A stretch of 64,000 nucleotides of DNA from Candidatus Dormiibacterota bacterium (GCA_035938875.1 DASZGL010000041.1:3341-67340); one strand, 5' to 3'; numbered from the stretch's first letter, positions 21,001 to 30,400 are shown. Translations and numbers: made by a program. The notes: generated by a model not told the origin, from the letters alone.

Positions 21001-21566
21001 CCCGCGGCGGCCGTGCCGCCCTCATGGTTCTGACGCGCCTGCCACTCGTCGCGCCCCAGCGCGAAATACTCCAGGTCGGATCCGTAGTGATGGCGCCGTC
21101 CCTCGAGGCGCATCCCCAGCTTGGCGATGACGCGCAGAGATCGGGGGTTGTCGGGGCGCACCACGGCGACGATGCGATCCAGCCCGACGGTGGTGAATCC
21201 ATGGCGAAGCGCGCCCTCGGCGGCCTCGGTGGCGATGCCTTTACCCCAGGAGTCACGCGCCAGGTGATAACCGACCTCGATCTCCTCGGTGTCGCCGAGG
21301 GGCTTGAGGATGACCGCGCCGGCGACGCGGCCGCTGTCACGCTCCTCGATCGCCCAGAAACCGAGACCCGCTCCCCGCGCCGAGCGCTGCTCCGCGCTGC
21401 GCAGCCGCGTCGCCGTGGTCTCGACGTCGGTGTCGGGCTCGCCGAGGAGGAAGTGGGTCACCTCGGCATCCGAGTACATGCGAAACGCCGCTTCGAGGTC
21501 GCCGGGCCCCCAGGGGCGGACGATGAGACGCTCGGTGGTGAAGATGGCGTCGCCGGCGTCGCTCAG
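20997..21566 (-). CDS. GNAT N-acetyltransferase (RimJ/RimL-like)
   Basis: TTERLIVRPW beta-1 strand and the acetyl-CoA motif HLARDSWGKGIATEA. There is no in-frame ATG/GTG/TTG between TTERL and mscL. The only candidate is a CTG overlapping the mscL stop (CTGA), so the start is uncertain. Confidence 0.65.
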   Translation of the reverse strand: MSDAGDAIFTTERLIVRPWGPGDLEAAFRMYSDAEVTHFLLGEPDTDVETTATRLRSAEQRSARGAGLGFWAIEERDSGRVAGAVILKPLGDTEEIEVGYHLARDSWGKGIATEAAEGALRHGFTTVGLDRIVAVVRPDNPRSLRVIAKLGMRLEGRRHHYGSDLEYFALGRDEWQARQNHEGGTAAAG

Positions 21567-21958
21567 CTCGGGGTCACCTCGCTGGTGCAGAAGGCACAGC
21601 GCGAGGCCGCCACGGGGATGTCGCTGACACAGTACGGGCAGGGCCGCGTCGTCGCGATCGCCGTCTTGGAGCGCATCCGGTTGAGCCGCGTCATCGGCAC
21701 CACCACCACGAAGTAGATCGCCGCAGCGATGAGCACGAAGGTGATGACAGCGTTGACAAAAGCTCCCCACCTGAAGTCTGCACCGCGAACCGTGAACTTC
21801 TCAGCAGTGAGGTCGAGACTGCCGGGAATGCCGATCAGCGGCGTCAAGAAGTCAGACACCAGCTCCTTCACCACCGCGCCGAAGGCGCCGCCGATGACCA
21901 CCGCGACGGCGAGGTCGACGACGTTGCCACGCAGCAGGAATTCACGAAATCCCTTCAT
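21563..21958 (-). CDS. mscL: large-conductance mechanosensitive channel with C-terminal zinc ribbon
   Basis: MKGFREFLLRGNVVDLAVAVVIGGAFG is the canonical MscL N-terminus. GGAGG SD before ATG 21958. The C-terminus carries CPYC-x10-CAFC. Confidence 0.85.
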   Translation of the reverse strand: MKGFREFLLRGNVVDLAVAVVIGGAFGAVVKELVSDFLTPLIGIPGSLDLTAEKFTVRGADFRWGAFVNAVITFVLIAAAIYFVVVVPMTRLNRMRSKTAIATTRPCPYCVSDIPVAASRCAFCTSEVTPS

Positions 21959-22068
21959 GGACCCACCTCCGGTGCACGCCTCTGCGCGCATCGGCTCGGT
22001 GCGCGCCCCCGGCCCCGGGGTGTAGGCGAAGCGCGGGCCGGTTGTCAATCGGCCCGCGCTCTCTGCGA

Positions 22069-22623
22069 TCAGGCGGCGACGGCCGCCTCCTGCCTGACCA
22101 GCTCTGCCTCGGCGGTGATCCTCACCTTCTCGCCGACGAGCAGCCGGCCCGCCTCGAGAACCTGGTTCCAGTTGAGACCGAAGTCGGTCCGGTTGATGGT
22201 TCCGCTGACGCTGACGCCGACCCGGGTGTTGCCCCAGGGGTCTGTCATCACCTCGGTCAGCTCGACGTCGAGCTCGACCGGACGGGTCGTGCCGCGGATG
22301 GTGAGGTCGCCCTTCACCTTGTAGCGGCCCTCGCCGGCGGGAAGGATCTCCCTGGTGCCGAAGGTCGCCTTGGGGTGGTTGTCGGCGTCGAAGAAGTCGG
22401 CGCTGCGTAGGTGGGCGTCACGCTTCTCGTCGCGCGTGTTGAGGCTGTGGACGTGCACCTCGACGGTCCCTGTCGACCGGGTGGGGTCCTCTTCGTCGTA
22501 GTCCAGGCTGCCGGTGAAGGAGCCGAAGCTGCCCTTGACTGTGCTGATGCCCAGGTGGCGGGCAGAGAACTCGAGGACGGAGTGGCTTGGTTCGATGACC
22601 CAGCTCATTTTGGTGTCTCCCAT
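22069..22623 (-). CDS. yceI: YceI-family polyisoprenoid-binding protein
   Basis: YceI-like sequence (SVLEFSARHLGISTVKGSF ... RDAHLRSADFFD). ATG 22623 follows a GGAGGA SD. Confidence 0.85.
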   Translation of the reverse strand: MGDTKMSWVIEPSHSVLEFSARHLGISTVKGSFGSFTGSLDYDEEDPTRSTGTVEVHVHSLNTRDEKRDAHLRSADFFDADNHPKATFGTREILPAGEGRYKVKGDLTIRGTTRPVELDVELTEVMTDPWGNTRVGVSVSGTINRTDFGLNWNQVLEAGRLLVGEKVRITAEAELVRQEAAVAA

Positions 22624-22791
22624 GCGGGTTGATCCTCCGGGTCGGAGGGCCGGTGACCACCGGCTGATCGCATCACACCATATAGTGCTACAGTATGTCA
22701 AGTGCTAAATATGAGAAAGCGCAGCGTTCGACGAAGCGCTCAGCGGGCCGACGGTTGCGATACCCTTGACGCGTTGAGCGGGGGTACATCC

Positions 22792-23130
22792 ATGGACAAC
22801 GATTTCTGCCCGGTTTTCGAGGCCATCCAGCTTCTCCAGGAGAAGTGGACCCTCCATATCGTCCGGGCTCTGCTCGACGGCCCGGTCGGCTTCAACGAGC
22901 TGGCGCGCCGGGTTGGCGGCGTCAACCCTGCCACCCTGGCATCGCGTCTCGACCATCTCGTCGAACTCGGCTTGGTGCACAAGACGATCCACTCCACGAT
23001 GCCGCCCCGCACCGCCTACGAGCTTTGCGATGCCGGCGTCGAGCTGCAATCGGTCGTCGAGGCCATCGACGACTGGGGCCGGCGCAACCTGACGGGGCCG
23101 TTGAGCACGCCGGTCAAGGTCTCGGCCTGA
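22792..23130 (+). CDS. HxlR-family transcriptional regulator
   Basis: CPVFEAIQLLQEKWTLHIVRALL...FNEL is the HxlR winged-helix signature. Divergent from yceI. The start could also be ATG 22711. Confidence 0.8.
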   Translation: MDNDFCPVFEAIQLLQEKWTLHIVRALLDGPVGFNELARRVGGVNPATLASRLDHLVELGLVHKTIHSTMPPRTAYELCDAGVELQSVVEAIDDWGRRNLTGPLSTPVKVSA

Positions 23131-25168
23131 CGCTCGGCGAGGTCTCGACCGGCGCCTGGGCCGCTACCGGCGCCGTCTGACGCCAGGCCCGCAGCACAGC
23201 GGCAACGCTCCACGCCTGCCATGGACAGCCCCGCGGGGTGTGCGGGGCGTCGCCGTCGGCGATCTCGGAGACCGAGCCCAGGCCGGCGTCGGCGATATGG
23301 TCGAGGAGGGGAATGAGCAAGCCACGCGCCGCCGCCGGGTCGCCGTGGACTCGGAGGTGGGCACCGACGAACGGGCCGATCAACCAGGGCCACACCGTCC
23401 CCTGGTGGTAGGCGGCGTCACGACCGGCCACGTCTCCGCGGTAGCGGCCCGCGTAGCCGGGCTCGTCGGGGCTCAGTGAGCGCAGCCCCATCGAGGTGAG
23501 CAGCGATCTCTCCGCGACCGCGACCACCGCGGCGACCTGCGCGGCGCTGAGCGGCGTGTGATGCACCGCGGCAGCGATGACCGCGTTGGGCCTGACGCTG
23601 GGGTCGTCGCCGGCGGGCGAGTCGACGACGTCGAAGCAGTAGCCCGTCGCCGGATTCCAAAAGCGATCGAACCCGGTGGCGACCCGCTCGGCGAGAGCGG
23701 CGTAGTCGTGCCCTGAGGTTCTCGAGCCTGCCCAGCCGGCGAGGCAACGCAGAGCGTTGTGCCACAGCGCGTTGATCTCCACGGGCTTGCCGACCCGTGG
23801 CGTCACCACCCAGGTGCCGATCCGAGCGTCCATCCAGGTCACCGCCACCCCCGGCTCCCCGGCGCGAAGCAGGCCGTCACCAGGGTCGGTGGCGATGCCG
23901 TGTGCGGTGCCGCGAAGGTGGCACTCGACGATGTCCTCGAGCACCGGCCACAACTCGTCGACCAGGGTGCCGTCACCGGTGGCCTCAACGTGGGCGCGGA
24001 GCGCCTCGACGTACCACAGCGTGGCGTCGGCGGTGTTGAACTCCGGGGCGCCCCCCCGGTCGGGGAAGCGGTTGGGCAGCAGACCGCCGGCGATGTGCCC
24101 GGCGAAGGCGCGCAGCAGCCCGGCGCTGAGCTCTGGCCTGCCGGTGTCCAGGGCGAGGCCGGGAAGAGCGATGAAGGTGTCGCGGCCCCAGTCCCCGAAC
24201 CACGGATAGCCGGCGATCACGGTCGGTCCCCGTCGCCTCGCGACGACGAACTGGTCGGCGGCGAGCACCAGGCGGATCGCCACGGGATCCTCGCGGGCGC
24301 CGGCGCGCTCCAGCAGGCCAGTGGTCCGCGCCCGCTCGGTCACCTCGAGCTCGCGCCAGCTGCCGGGATCGAAGGACTCGTCGAGCGACAGGCTCAGCGC
24401 CAGCGACTCCCCTACCTCCAGTACCGCGCTGATGCTGCCCGCGGCGTAGAGGTCCTGGACGTCGGCCAGCCCGCGCTCGGTCTCGACGTCGAGCCGGAAT
24501 CCCAGATGCCACTCACCACCACCGCCGGCGGTGCCCGAGCTGGCGCGGACGTGGATCGGTTCCCCCCAGGGGAATCGAACCGCAAGCCGCCGGCTGCCCA
24601 CGGCCAGCGATGGCGCCTCTGTCTGTAGCCCCGGGGCATGGTGGTCGCGCCACGTGCAGAGCGGGCGGATGACGATGCGCAGCCCTGGATCGGGCGCGCG
24701 GCACAGCGTGTAGACGACCAGCGTCGTCGCCGGCGGCGTTCGCGGCATCAGCACCCGCTTCTCCAGGAGGATGCCGGCGAGCGCGTAGGTCCACACCGCC
24801 GACGATCCGCGCAGCTCGAAGGCCTCGAGCAGCTCGAAGCCGCGCGGGTCGACGGCGCCGTCCGCCCAGCGCTGGCTGTGCAGCGCCACGGTGCGGCCCG
24901 ACGACGTGGTCAGCTCCTCGACCAGGCCGCCGACGAGCAGGGTGCGTCCCAGGGGTGGTTCGGTGGCGGCGATCAGGAGCCCGTGGTAGGCGCGACTGAG
25001 CGAGCCTGCGACGGTGCCCATCGCGTATCCGCCGGCGCCGTCGGTGAGCAGCCACTCGCGCCGAACCGCCGGCTCGAGGACGTCGACGATGCCCCGGCCG
25101 AGGCGGAGATGGGCCGGCTCCATGGCAGTAGATGGTGCCCGCTGTGGCCGCGGTTGGCCTGATTCCAC
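23114..25168 (-). CDS. glycogen debranching enzyme family (N-terminal GDE domain + amylo-alpha-1,6-glucosidase-like barrel)
   Basis: GGYAMGTVAG...RAYHGLL N-terminal domain and a C-terminal (alpha/alpha)6 region (GYPWFGDWGRDT, NADATLWY, YHQGTVWPWLIG). Start is either GTG 25168 or ATG 25123. Confidence 0.8.
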   Translation of the reverse strand: MESGQPRPQRAPSTAMEPAHLRLGRGIVDVLEPAVRREWLLTDGAGGYAMGTVAGSLSRAYHGLLIAATEPPLGRTLLVGGLVEELTTSSGRTVALHSQRWADGAVDPRGFELLEAFELRGSSAVWTYALAGILLEKRVLMPRTPPATTLVVYTLCRAPDPGLRIVIRPLCTWRDHHAPGLQTEAPSLAVGSRRLAVRFPWGEPIHVRASSGTAGGGGEWHLGFRLDVETERGLADVQDLYAAGSISAVLEVGESLALSLSLDESFDPGSWRELEVTERARTTGLLERAGAREDPVAIRLVLAADQFVVARRRGPTVIAGYPWFGDWGRDTFIALPGLALDTGRPELSAGLLRAFAGHIAGGLLPNRFPDRGGAPEFNTADATLWYVEALRAHVEATGDGTLVDELWPVLEDIVECHLRGTAHGIATDPGDGLLRAGEPGVAVTWMDARIGTWVVTPRVGKPVEINALWHNALRCLAGWAGSRTSGHDYAALAERVATGFDRFWNPATGYCFDVVDSPAGDDPSVRPNAVIAAAVHHTPLSAAQVAAVVAVAERSLLTSMGLRSLSPDEPGYAGRYRGDVAGRDAAYHQGTVWPWLIGPFVGAHLRVHGDPAAARGLLIPLLDHIADAGLGSVSEIADGDAPHTPRGCPWQAWSVAAVLRAWRQTAPVAAQAPVETSPSVRPRP

Positions 25169-25222
25169 CCCGCGCGGAGTCGGCGACCGCCTGCGGAGTC
25201 ACCGCTGTATCCTGGCCTGCAG

Positions 25223-26575
25223 GTGTTCCTGTCCCGCGCGCCCCGGCGTGCCGTCGCAGCCAACGCACTCCTCGCCGGAGTTCTCGCCGCGGTCCCGCTT
25301 CTTTTCCTCGACGCGCGGGTCGCCGCCGACTGGACCCGGGTCGGCAATCCCCCGGGCCTCGGCTCCGGGCGGATCTGGAGCCTCGCCATCAACCCCGCCA
25401 ATGCGAGCAACGCCATCACCGGCACCGACAACGGCGTCTACACCACCAGCGACGCCGGGGTGACCTGGGCGCCGACGCCGATCAAGGGAGTGCGCGTCTG
25501 GGCGGTGGGCTTCGACGCCCGCGCCCCCCACGTCGAGATGGCCGCCCTCGCCGGTGGAGGCGTGCGTCGCAGCGACGACGGAGGGGCGACATGGAGCGAC
25601 GCGTCGGTGGGGCTGACCAACCGCAACGTGCGCGCCCTGGCGTTCGGCTTGAGCGCCGTCGCCGCGGGGACGGCCGACGGCGTCTTCGTCAGCGAGGACG
25701 GCAAGACGTGGCGCAGCGCGGGGCTTGGTGGCTACAGCATCAGCACCCTGGCGGTGGCCGCCAACACACCGGCGTTCACCCTGGTCGCGGGGAGTGACGG
25801 CGGCAGCGTCGGCCTGCAGTCCGGCTTCCTCTTCCGCAACGCCGGCCCGGGGCCGCAGTGGGAGACCCTGCAACAGGGACTGCCGGCAACGGCGGTGGTG
25901 TCATCGGTGGCCGCCGGACCGGTGCCGGCGTCGACGAAGATCCGGCCCCTCGTGGTCATCACGAACAAGGGCACCTTCTTCAGCGGCGACGGCGGCACCA
26001 CCTGGACGTCGAGCACCGGACCCAACGCCGACCCGACGAACACGCAGCCGCTGCAGCTGACCACGGCGGTCTTCAGCGCGCTCGACCCCAACCTGGTCTA
26101 CGCCGGCTTCGACTCCACGGGGAGCAGCGGCGGCAGCTTGCTGCGTTCCACCGACAGCGGCAAGACCTTCGCCGACGCCGCCAAGGGGCTGAGCGACCAG
26201 CAGCGCAACATCGCCGCCATCGCCGTGGCCACGGCCAACCCGCCGCAGTTGCTCGCCGGCATCGACCCGGCGTCGGGCCCGAGCGTGGTGGTGTCGGAGA
26301 CGGACAGCACAGCGCCTGTGCCCGCCGCGATCATCGCCGAGGGCACCGCGCCGCCGCCGGCGACGCCAACACCGACACCGAGCATCCGCGCCACGCCAAC
26401 GCCCGCTCCCACCCTGGCCGCGCCGCCCGACGAGCGTTCCTGGCTGCGCCGCGGCGTCGATCGCGCCACGAACTGGCCTATCCCCCTGGCGATGGAGGTC
26501 TTCGTCGTCATCGCCGCTGCTTACCTGGTGGTCCGCTGGCGCCAGCAGCGCTTCGACGTCGAGGGTCCACCGTGA
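25223..26575 (+). CDS. Asp-box (BNR) beta-propeller ectoprotein with Pro-rich linker and C-terminal TM anchor
   Basis: N-terminal hydrophobic segment, five Asp-boxes (TSDAGVTW, SDDGGATW, SEDGKTW, SGDGGTTW, STDSGKTF), a Pro/Thr-rich stretch, then a TM segment followed by RWRQQR. Confidence 0.65.
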   Translation: MFLSRAPRRAVAANALLAGVLAAVPLLFLDARVAADWTRVGNPPGLGSGRIWSLAINPANASNAITGTDNGVYTTSDAGVTWAPTPIKGVRVWAVGFDARAPHVEMAALAGGGVRRSDDGGATWSDASVGLTNRNVRALAFGLSAVAAGTADGVFVSEDGKTWRSAGLGGYSISTLAVAANTPAFTLVAGSDGGSVGLQSGFLFRNAGPGPQWETLQQGLPATAVVSSVAAGPVPASTKIRPLVVITNKGTFFSGDGGTTWTSSTGPNADPTNTQPLQLTTAVFSALDPNLVYAGFDSTGSSGGSLLRSTDSGKTFADAAKGLSDQQRNIAAIAVATANPPQLLAGIDPASGPSVVVSETDSTAPVPAAIIAEGTAPPPATPTPTPSIRATPTPAPTLAAPPDERSWLRRGVDRATNWPIPLAMEVFVVIAAAYLVVRWRQQRFDVEGPP

Positions 26576-27501
26576 TCGGCCCGCAGAGCGGCGCGACATT
26601 CGACTCGGTGCAGCAGTGCGTCGAGGGGCTGGACGGCACGGGTTACCTCATCGACCACGACAGCGCCGTGGTCGTCTACCTCGCCGCTCGCATGGAGAAA
26701 CCCATGCTGGTCGAGGGCCCGGCAGGGGTCGGCAAGACCGAGCTCGCCCGGGCGCTGGCCACATCCCTCGGCCGCGAGCTGGTCCGCCTGCAGTGCTACG
26801 AGGGGCTCGACGAGGCTAAGGCGCTGTATGAGTGGGAGTACGCCAAGCAGCTGCTCTACACCCAGATCCTGCGCGACAAGATCGGCGAGACCGTCGGCGA
26901 CGCCGCCACCCTGCGTGAGGCGGTGGAGCGCATCGCCACCCAGGACGATGTCTTCTTCAGCGATCGCTTCCTGCTTCCCCGGCCGCTTCTCCGCGCCATC
27001 CTCAGTGACAAGCCGACCGTCCTTCTGGTCGATGAGGTCGACAAGTCCGATGCTGAGTTCGAGGCCTTTCTCCTCGAGGTCCTAGGCGACTTCCAGGTGA
27101 CCGTTCCCGAGTTGGGGACACTGGTGGCGCATACTCGTCCGTTGGTGGTGCTCACCAGCAATGCGCAACGGGAGATGAGCGACGCTTTGCGCCGGCGCTG
27201 CCTCCACCTGCACCTCGCCTTCCCCGACGCTGAACGCGAGCGGGCGATCATTCGCAGGCGCGTCCCCGAGGTATCCGACCAGCTCGCCCGCCAGGTGGCC
27301 GCGGCGATGGCCAAGATGCGCACTCTGGGCTTGCGCAAGCTGCCCAGCATCTCGGAGTCGATCGACTGGGCGCGTGCCCTGGTCATCCTCAACGCACAGC
27401 AGCTCGACCCCGAGGTCGTCTCGCAGACGCTCTCGCTGGTACTGAAGTACGAGGGCGACGTCCGCAAGGGGCGGGAGAATCTCTCCGCCATCCTCAACTG
27501 A
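26572..27501 (+). CDS. MoxR-family AAA+ ATPase
   Basis: Walker A GPAGVGKTE, Walker B LLVDEVDK, MoxR-like length. GTG 26572 overlaps the upstream stop (GTGA). Confidence 0.85.
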   Translation: MIGPQSGATFDSVQQCVEGLDGTGYLIDHDSAVVVYLAARMEKPMLVEGPAGVGKTELARALATSLGRELVRLQCYEGLDEAKALYEWEYAKQLLYTQILRDKIGETVGDAATLREAVERIATQDDVFFSDRFLLPRPLLRAILSDKPTVLLVDEVDKSDAEFEAFLLEVLGDFQVTVPELGTLVAHTRPLVVLTSNAQREMSDALRRRCLHLHLAFPDAERERAIIRRRVPEVSDQLARQVAAAMAKMRTLGLRKLPSISESIDWARALVILNAQQLDPEVVSQTLSLVLKYEGDVRKGRENLSAILN

Positions 27502-27517
27502 GGTAATCACTCAGCCC

Positions 27518-28264
27518 ATGTCGACCGTGGCCACAGAGAAGAACGCGCGGGTGTTCTCTCCCTTCGTCATCGCGCTCTGCGCGCTCGGATTTCTCATGCC
27601 GTTCGTCAGCTTCTCCTGCGCCGGCACCAGCCTCGCCAAGGCAAACGGGACACAGCTGGTCGCCGGGGCGGACGTCAACCCCAGCTTCGGCGACCTCAGC
27701 AACATCGCCGGCGGCTCATCGGGGGTCACGCTCTCGCCGAACCAGAGCAGCGGCAGCCTGGGACCGTTCGGCTCCTCGTCGCAGCCCGGCAAGATCCACG
27801 TCAACTCCGACCCGGTCGCCGCGGTGGCCGCGGCGCTCGTGGTCATAGCGCTCGGCCTCTGCGTGCTCCGCGGGCGCACACGAGCCGTCCTCGTCGCCGC
27901 CGCTTCGGCCGGCGCAGCAGTGGCGCTGGTGGCGCTGCAGATCAAGCTCGCCAGCTCGTTCAACAGCGACGTCGATCGCCAGTCGGCGTTGCAGAAGAGC
28001 AGCACAACCTCGTCGGATTCGGTCAACTTCGACGTCAACACCGACATCAAGGGATTGGTCAGTCTCGAATGGCAGACCGGGTACTGGCTGGTCGTCGGTG
28101 GGCTGCTCGTGGTCGCCGGGTTCAACGTGTACGTCGTTGGTGCCCGACGTGACCGGTCGGCACCCGGAGGTCTGGCAGCAGCACCCGACGATGCGTCGCC
28201 ACCGTCCTTCCCACCGCTACAACCCGCCACGGCGCCACCTCCCCCACCGGCACCACCGGTCTAG
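27518..28264 (+). CDS. membrane protein, unknown family (about 4 TM, Pro-rich tail)
   Basis: ATG preceded by GAGGTAA. Hydrophobic segments (FVIALCALGFLMPFV, AAVAAALVVIALGL, LVAAASAGAAVALVAL, WLVVGGLLVVAGF) and a C-terminal PPPPPAPPV. High third-position GC by eye. Confidence 0.55.
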   Translation: MSTVATEKNARVFSPFVIALCALGFLMPFVSFSCAGTSLAKANGTQLVAGADVNPSFGDLSNIAGGSSGVTLSPNQSSGSLGPFGSSSQPGKIHVNSDPVAAVAAALVVIALGLCVLRGRTRAVLVAAASAGAAVALVALQIKLASSFNSDVDRQSALQKSSTTSSDSVNFDVNTDIKGLVSLEWQTGYWLVVGGLLVVAGFNVYVVGARRDRSAPGGLAAAPDDASPPSFPPLQPATAPPPPPAPPV

Positions 28265-28288
28265 AAGGCCAGCAGGGAAACCCGCACC

Positions 28289-29680
28289 GTGGACCAGGCC
28301 ATCCTGCGATTCGTCGCCGCGCTGCGCACCGCGGGAGTCCGCGTGTCCCCACTGGAGGCGGCCGACGCTCTGTCCGCGGCGGCGGCGATCGAGATCGACG
28401 ACCGCAACACCTTCCGCTCGGCGTTGCGCGGCACGCTGATCAAGCGCGACATCGATCTCGACGTCTTCGAGCAGCTCTTCCCGCTGCACTTCTCGCCATA
28501 CGGCAGCCGCGACGGCGACGTGCCCACCGCCGCCGGGGTCGCCGACCTGCCGCCGCTTCCGCTTACGGCGCTCGACGCGCTCGGCGCCGACCTCGACGCC
28601 CTGCTGCAACGGTTGATGGACGCCGGCGACCTCGAGCTCGCGCTCATGGTGCGTGAGGCCGCCGGCGACGCCCTCGGCCAGCTGGAATCGTTGCTCCAGC
28701 AGGGCATGGTGGGCCGGACCATCCTGGAACGGATGGGACTCGGCGCCGGCTCCGATGCGGCACTGGATCGATTCGTCGCCGCACTCATAGCCGCGGGTTT
28801 CTCCGAGGATGACGCGAGGGCCTGGCGCGAGCGGCTGCGTCAGCAGCTCGAACGGCTGCGGGCGACGGTGCGCGCCTTCGTCCGCGCCGAGTTCGAGCGC
28901 ATCGACGTCCCCACGCGTCAGGCGCGACGTCGCGGCGACATGGCCGGCACCGCGCTCGGCGCAGTGCCGGCACGCGAATCCGCGGAGATGGCACGGCTGG
29001 TGGAGATCCTCGGTCGCAAGCTCGACTCCCTGCCCGAGCTGCGTCGCGCGCCGCGCCGCCGAGGCCACCTCGACATGCAGCGCACCTGGCGAAGCAACCT
29101 GCAGACCGGAGGCGTGCCCTTCCGCCTGCGCTGGGAGAAACCGCCGCAGCACAAGCCGCAGGTCGTCGCCCTGTGCGACATCAGCAACTCGATGCAGTCG
29201 ACGGTGCGTTTCATGCTCCACTTCCTCTACCGCCTGCAGGATCGCTTCAGCAGGGTGCGCACCTTCGTCTTCGTCAGCGACACCGTCGAGGTCACCCGGG
29301 AGTTCGACGAGGCCGACGTCGACACCGCCATCGAGCGCGCGCTGCAACCGGACGGGATCGCCTACTACTCCTCGACGAACTACGGACGAAGCCTTGACCG
29401 TTTCTGGGCGATCTACCCCGACGCGGTGACATCGCGCACCATGCTCTTCGTGCTCGGTGACGCCCGGGGCAACTACACGCCGCCGCGCGCCGACCTTCTC
29501 GAGTCTCTGCGCCAGCGCGCCCGCCGGTTGATCTGGTTCAACCCCGAGTCACGTCTCAGCTGGGGACTCGGGGACTCGGCGATGCCCGCCTACACTCCGC
29601 ACTGCACCCAGGTCGCCGAGGTGCGCACCCTGGCGCAGCTGGAGGCGGCGATCGACGCCATGGTGGCACGCACCGCCTAG
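28289..29680 (+). CDS. VWA-domain protein, CoxE-like
   Basis: CoxE-type N-terminus (ILRFVAALRTAGVRVS) and a C-terminal VWA domain with a MIDAS-like VVALCDISNSM. Confidence 0.8.
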   Translation: MDQAILRFVAALRTAGVRVSPLEAADALSAAAAIEIDDRNTFRSALRGTLIKRDIDLDVFEQLFPLHFSPYGSRDGDVPTAAGVADLPPLPLTALDALGADLDALLQRLMDAGDLELALMVREAAGDALGQLESLLQQGMVGRTILERMGLGAGSDAALDRFVAALIAAGFSEDDARAWRERLRQQLERLRATVRAFVRAEFERIDVPTRQARRRGDMAGTALGAVPARESAEMARLVEILGRKLDSLPELRRAPRRRGHLDMQRTWRSNLQTGGVPFRLRWEKPPQHKPQVVALCDISNSMQSTVRFMLHFLYRLQDRFSRVRTFVFVSDTVEVTREFDEADVDTAIERALQPDGIAYYSSTNYGRSLDRFWAIYPDAVTSRTMLFVLGDARGNYTPPRADLLESLRQRARRLIWFNPESRLSWGLGDSAMPAYTPHCTQVAEVRTLAQLEAAIDAMVARTA

Positions 29681-29872
29681 ACCGCGGCGGCGGTACAGGC
29701 GTTCCCCTCCGTGTACTGCATCCGTCGTCGAAAACCTTTACACCTCTTGGTCCTTTGCTGATGACGGGATTGACGCGCCTTGGGTAGCCTGCTCAGTGCA
29801 GCCATCTTTTGATCGGCTGCCGGATGCGTGGAGTGTCAGAACGTGGCCATCCAGCCAAAGGCGGGGACGGCG

Positions 29873-30361
29873 GTGGCGAGCGCTGACGTGCGGCTGGCGG
29901 AGCTGGGACTCGAGCTCCCTCAACCACCGGCGGCGCTAGGCTCGTACACGCCGGTGCACATCGTCGGCGACCTGCTCTACACGAGCGGCGTTCTCCCCGT
30001 GGTGAACGGGGAACTGCGCGTGGCCGGTGTCGTCGGCGGCGACCTGAGCATCGGCGAGGGCACCGAGGCGGCCCGGTTGTGCGCCCTCAACATCCTCGCC
30101 CTGGTGCGGGCCAACACGGGCTCGCTCGATGCCGTCCGTCACATGGTTCAGGTGGTCGGCTTCGTGCGCAGCGCACCCGCCTTCGCCCTCCAGCCGCGCG
30201 TGCTCAACGGGGCCTCGGATCTGTTTGTCGAGGTCTTCGGCGAACAGGGCAGGCACACGCGTACCGCGCTGGGAACCAGCGAGCTGCCCATGGGCGCCGC
30301 CGTGGAGATCAGCGCGGTGGTGCGCATCTTCCCCGACATGGTGCGGCCCGCCAAGGGCTGA
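29873..30361 (+). CDS. RidA/YjgF-family protein
   Basis: RLAELGLELPQPP ... GDLLYTSG ... RTALGTSELPMGAAVEI are typical of the RidA-like (YjgH subgroup) fold. The start is GTG 29873 or the ORF-track start at 29828. Confidence 0.75.
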   Translation: MASADVRLAELGLELPQPPAALGSYTPVHIVGDLLYTSGVLPVVNGELRVAGVVGGDLSIGEGTEAARLCALNILALVRANTGSLDAVRHMVQVVGFVRSAPAFALQPRVLNGASDLFVEVFGEQGRHTRTALGTSELPMGAAVEISAVVRIFPDMVRPAKG

Positions 30362-30400
30362 CCGCGCGGGGGCCGAAACCCGGGGCAGTACCCTACGGGT

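Noticed and set aside
26572-29680. Reading the MoxR/VWA pair as CoxD/CoxE of a carbon-monoxide dehydrogenase cluster.
   Set aside because: No coxS, coxM, coxL or coxF-like genes are in the window or adjacent to the pair. The flanking genes are a surface propeller and a RidA-family gene.
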